Below, in pieces: positions 62,041 to 63,109 of a DNA stretch of 63,109 bases. This DNA is from an uncultured archaeon (lineage in GTDB: Archaea > Aenigmatarchaeota > Aenigmatarchaeia > QMZP01), in assembly GCA_964353635.1 (NCBI GenBank), contig CAYGVS010000002.1:1-63109 (forward strand). The letters run 5' to 3'. The translations under genes were made by a program, and so were the position numbers. Position 1 is the first letter of the stretch. Every line of letters begins with the position of its first letter. The notes under the pieces are model-generated. The model saw only the letters and a program-made list of their open reading frames with translations. It searched no databases and was not told the DNA's origin.

Positions 62041-63109
62041 ATGAATAAACCCCTTCTTCTAATTTTCTTGGCAGCAGTCCTATTCTTCTTGAATTCTCAT
62101 CCAGTTCTCGGGCAGACACTTCAATTCAACCTTAATTTCTCCACCTATATTGGCGGCTCCAGCTGGGAAAACATACGAGGCATAACAACCGACCCGCAAG
62201 GCTATATTTACATAACAGGAGGAACAAATTCTGCAGACTATCCGACAACCTTTGGTCCTTCTCATCAAGGTCCAGCTTGTCCATGTCCTCCTTCTCCATG
62301 TCTCACAGCGCTTCCGTCGGGTACGTGCTCGGACATTTTTGTAACCAAGCTTACTCCTGATGGCAAGACAATTGTCTGGTCAAGGCTGATTGGGACAACA
62401 GGCCACGACCGCGGCTATGGGGTTAAATATGACCCCACCGGATATCTGCTTATCCATGGCCGCATGGCACCTGGTTATACCATGACTCCAGGAGTAGTCC
62501 AGCCCACATTCGGCGGATGGGGTGTTGTTGGCGTTGATGGTTATGGCCCCCAGAACGGCTTCGTTGGAAAGATTTATCCGAACAATGGCAGCATAGTCTG
62601 GATCAGCTATATTGGCTCTGCTTCTTTAGTTCGTGACGCTAATGTTGATGAATTGGGCAACGTGTATGTCGCATCTGCCTATGAACCTGCGCTGGGTTCA
62701 CCATGGAGGCCGGACCAGCAGTATCCTGCTGCGTTTGCCAACGCCTTTCGCAAAACCCCGAATGATAATGTCCGCGATGTAGTGATTTTCAAAATTAACC
62801 CGAACGGCACGCAGATTCTATGGGGTACCTATTTTGGCGGTTCAGGCGCCGATGGTTCCGCGGAAAGCATCGGAATACATAGAGCAACGAAAAGTGTCTA
62901 TTTCTCGGGCGAAACAACGTCAACAGACCTCCCAAACACTACCAATGTTTTCCCTCAGGGAAGAAACGCACATGGAGCAGTGGATTATTTTGTCGCCAAA
63001 ATCTCTTCAGACGGCTCTTCTCTATTGTGGGCTGCGTATTTGGGAGGTTCCAGCGACGAGTTTCACAATACGCAAAATTTGGTAGTCGAACAGTCGACCG
63101 GAGATGTTT
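62041..63109 (+). CDS. secreted beta-propeller repeat (SBBP-like) protein, 3'-truncated by the window edge; absent from the ORF track
   Basis: I translated it by eye and the frame is open from the ATG at 62041 to the window end (356 codons). Signal peptide MNKPLLLIFLAAVLFFLNSHPVLGQ. Repeats of the form STYIGGSSWE..GITTD.QGYIYITGGT.SADYPTT. Confidence 0.75.
   Translation, partial: MNKPLLLIFLAAVLFFLNSHPVLGQTLQFNLNFSTYIGGSSWENIRGITTDPQGYIYITGGTNSADYPTTFGPSHQGPACPCPPSPCLTALPSGTCSDIFVTKLTPDGKTIVWSRLIGTTGHDRGYGVKYDPTGYLLIHGRMAPGYTMTPGVVQPTFGGWGVVGVDGYGPQNGFVGKIYPNNGSIVWISYIGSASLVRDANVDELGNVYVASAYEPALGSPWRPDQQYPAAFANAFRKTPNDNVRDVVIFKINPNGTQILWGTYFGGSGADGSAESIGIHRATKSVYFSGETTSTDLPNTTNVFPQGRNAHGAVDYFVAKISSDGSSLLWAAYLGGSSDEFHNTQNLVVEQSTGDV

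Noticed and set aside
62080-63085. Track ORFs 62080..62268(-) and 62834..63085(+)
   Set aside because: Both fall inside the much longer open frame starting at 62041 (+), which has a signal peptide and clear repeat structure.
1-63109. CRISPR arrays, transposases, integrases, toxin-antitoxin pairs and restriction-modification or other known defence genes
   Set aside because: I saw no short regularly spaced repeats and no ORF with recognisable transposase, integrase, Cas or nuclease-methylase motifs. The only mobility trace is the tRNA-end duplicate at 8245-8615.

Overview
Gene-dense archaeal chromosomal window. Archaeal markers are aEF-1beta, ribosomal protein L15e, fibrillarin, a type-A-like RNase P RNA, an intron-containing tRNA, class III (prepilin-type) signal peptides and GTGAT-type Shine-Dalgarno sites. 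By inference it comes from a small-genome uncultivated lineage, possibly DPANN-like. The window opens with the 3' end of a 23S rRNA carrying a ~110-nt structured insertion, followed by an RNase P RNA gene that the ORF track covers with spurious ORFs. Most accessory content is cell-surface machinery. (1) A type IV pilus operon (1323-7573) has two almost identical tandem pilin genes, two further pilin-like genes, a FlaI/PilB-type ATPase and a platform protein split into two ORFs. (2) A compact minus-strand operon (18044-26654) has a second FlaI-like ATPase, but its only prepilin-type substrates are giant proteins of 945, 403 and 502 aa (vWA and LamG-like domains). It has no small pilin and no platform gene, and I rank it the best candidate for an undescribed system. 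(3) A stand-alone 722-aa FlaJ/TadC-like platform gene lies at 13943-16111. (4) A third, N-terminally extended secretion ATPase (37203-39467) sits next to coiled-coil and Pro-rich proteins. (5) Two paralogous MacB-type ABC/FtsX modules each include a CARDB-like surface protein and a wHTH regulator. (6) A glycosylation island (39464-46402) has duplicated divergent GT-C/GT2 pairs, including a minimal AglB/STT3-like enzyme. The second highlight is a full-length NrdR repressor fused in frame to the class III ribonucleotide reductase NrdD, with two NrdR-box-like palindromes spaced 32 bp apart upstream. A beta-propeller gene is wedged between nrdD and nrdG. Housekeeping genes are cysS, metG, DNA ligase, fibrillarin, an orphan porB, an IMPase-family gene, a Nudix gene and a ferredoxin-nifS-DUF1858-nifU cluster. 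Other notable items are a tRNA-Arg(UCU) with a 52-nt intron and a nearby 15-nt duplicate of its 3' end, a family of GAAG...CTTC-clamped hairpins, and a partial secreted beta-propeller gene at the right edge that is absent from the ORF track. I saw no CRISPR array, transposase or integrase. All family assignments rest on motif recognition by eye, not on database searches.
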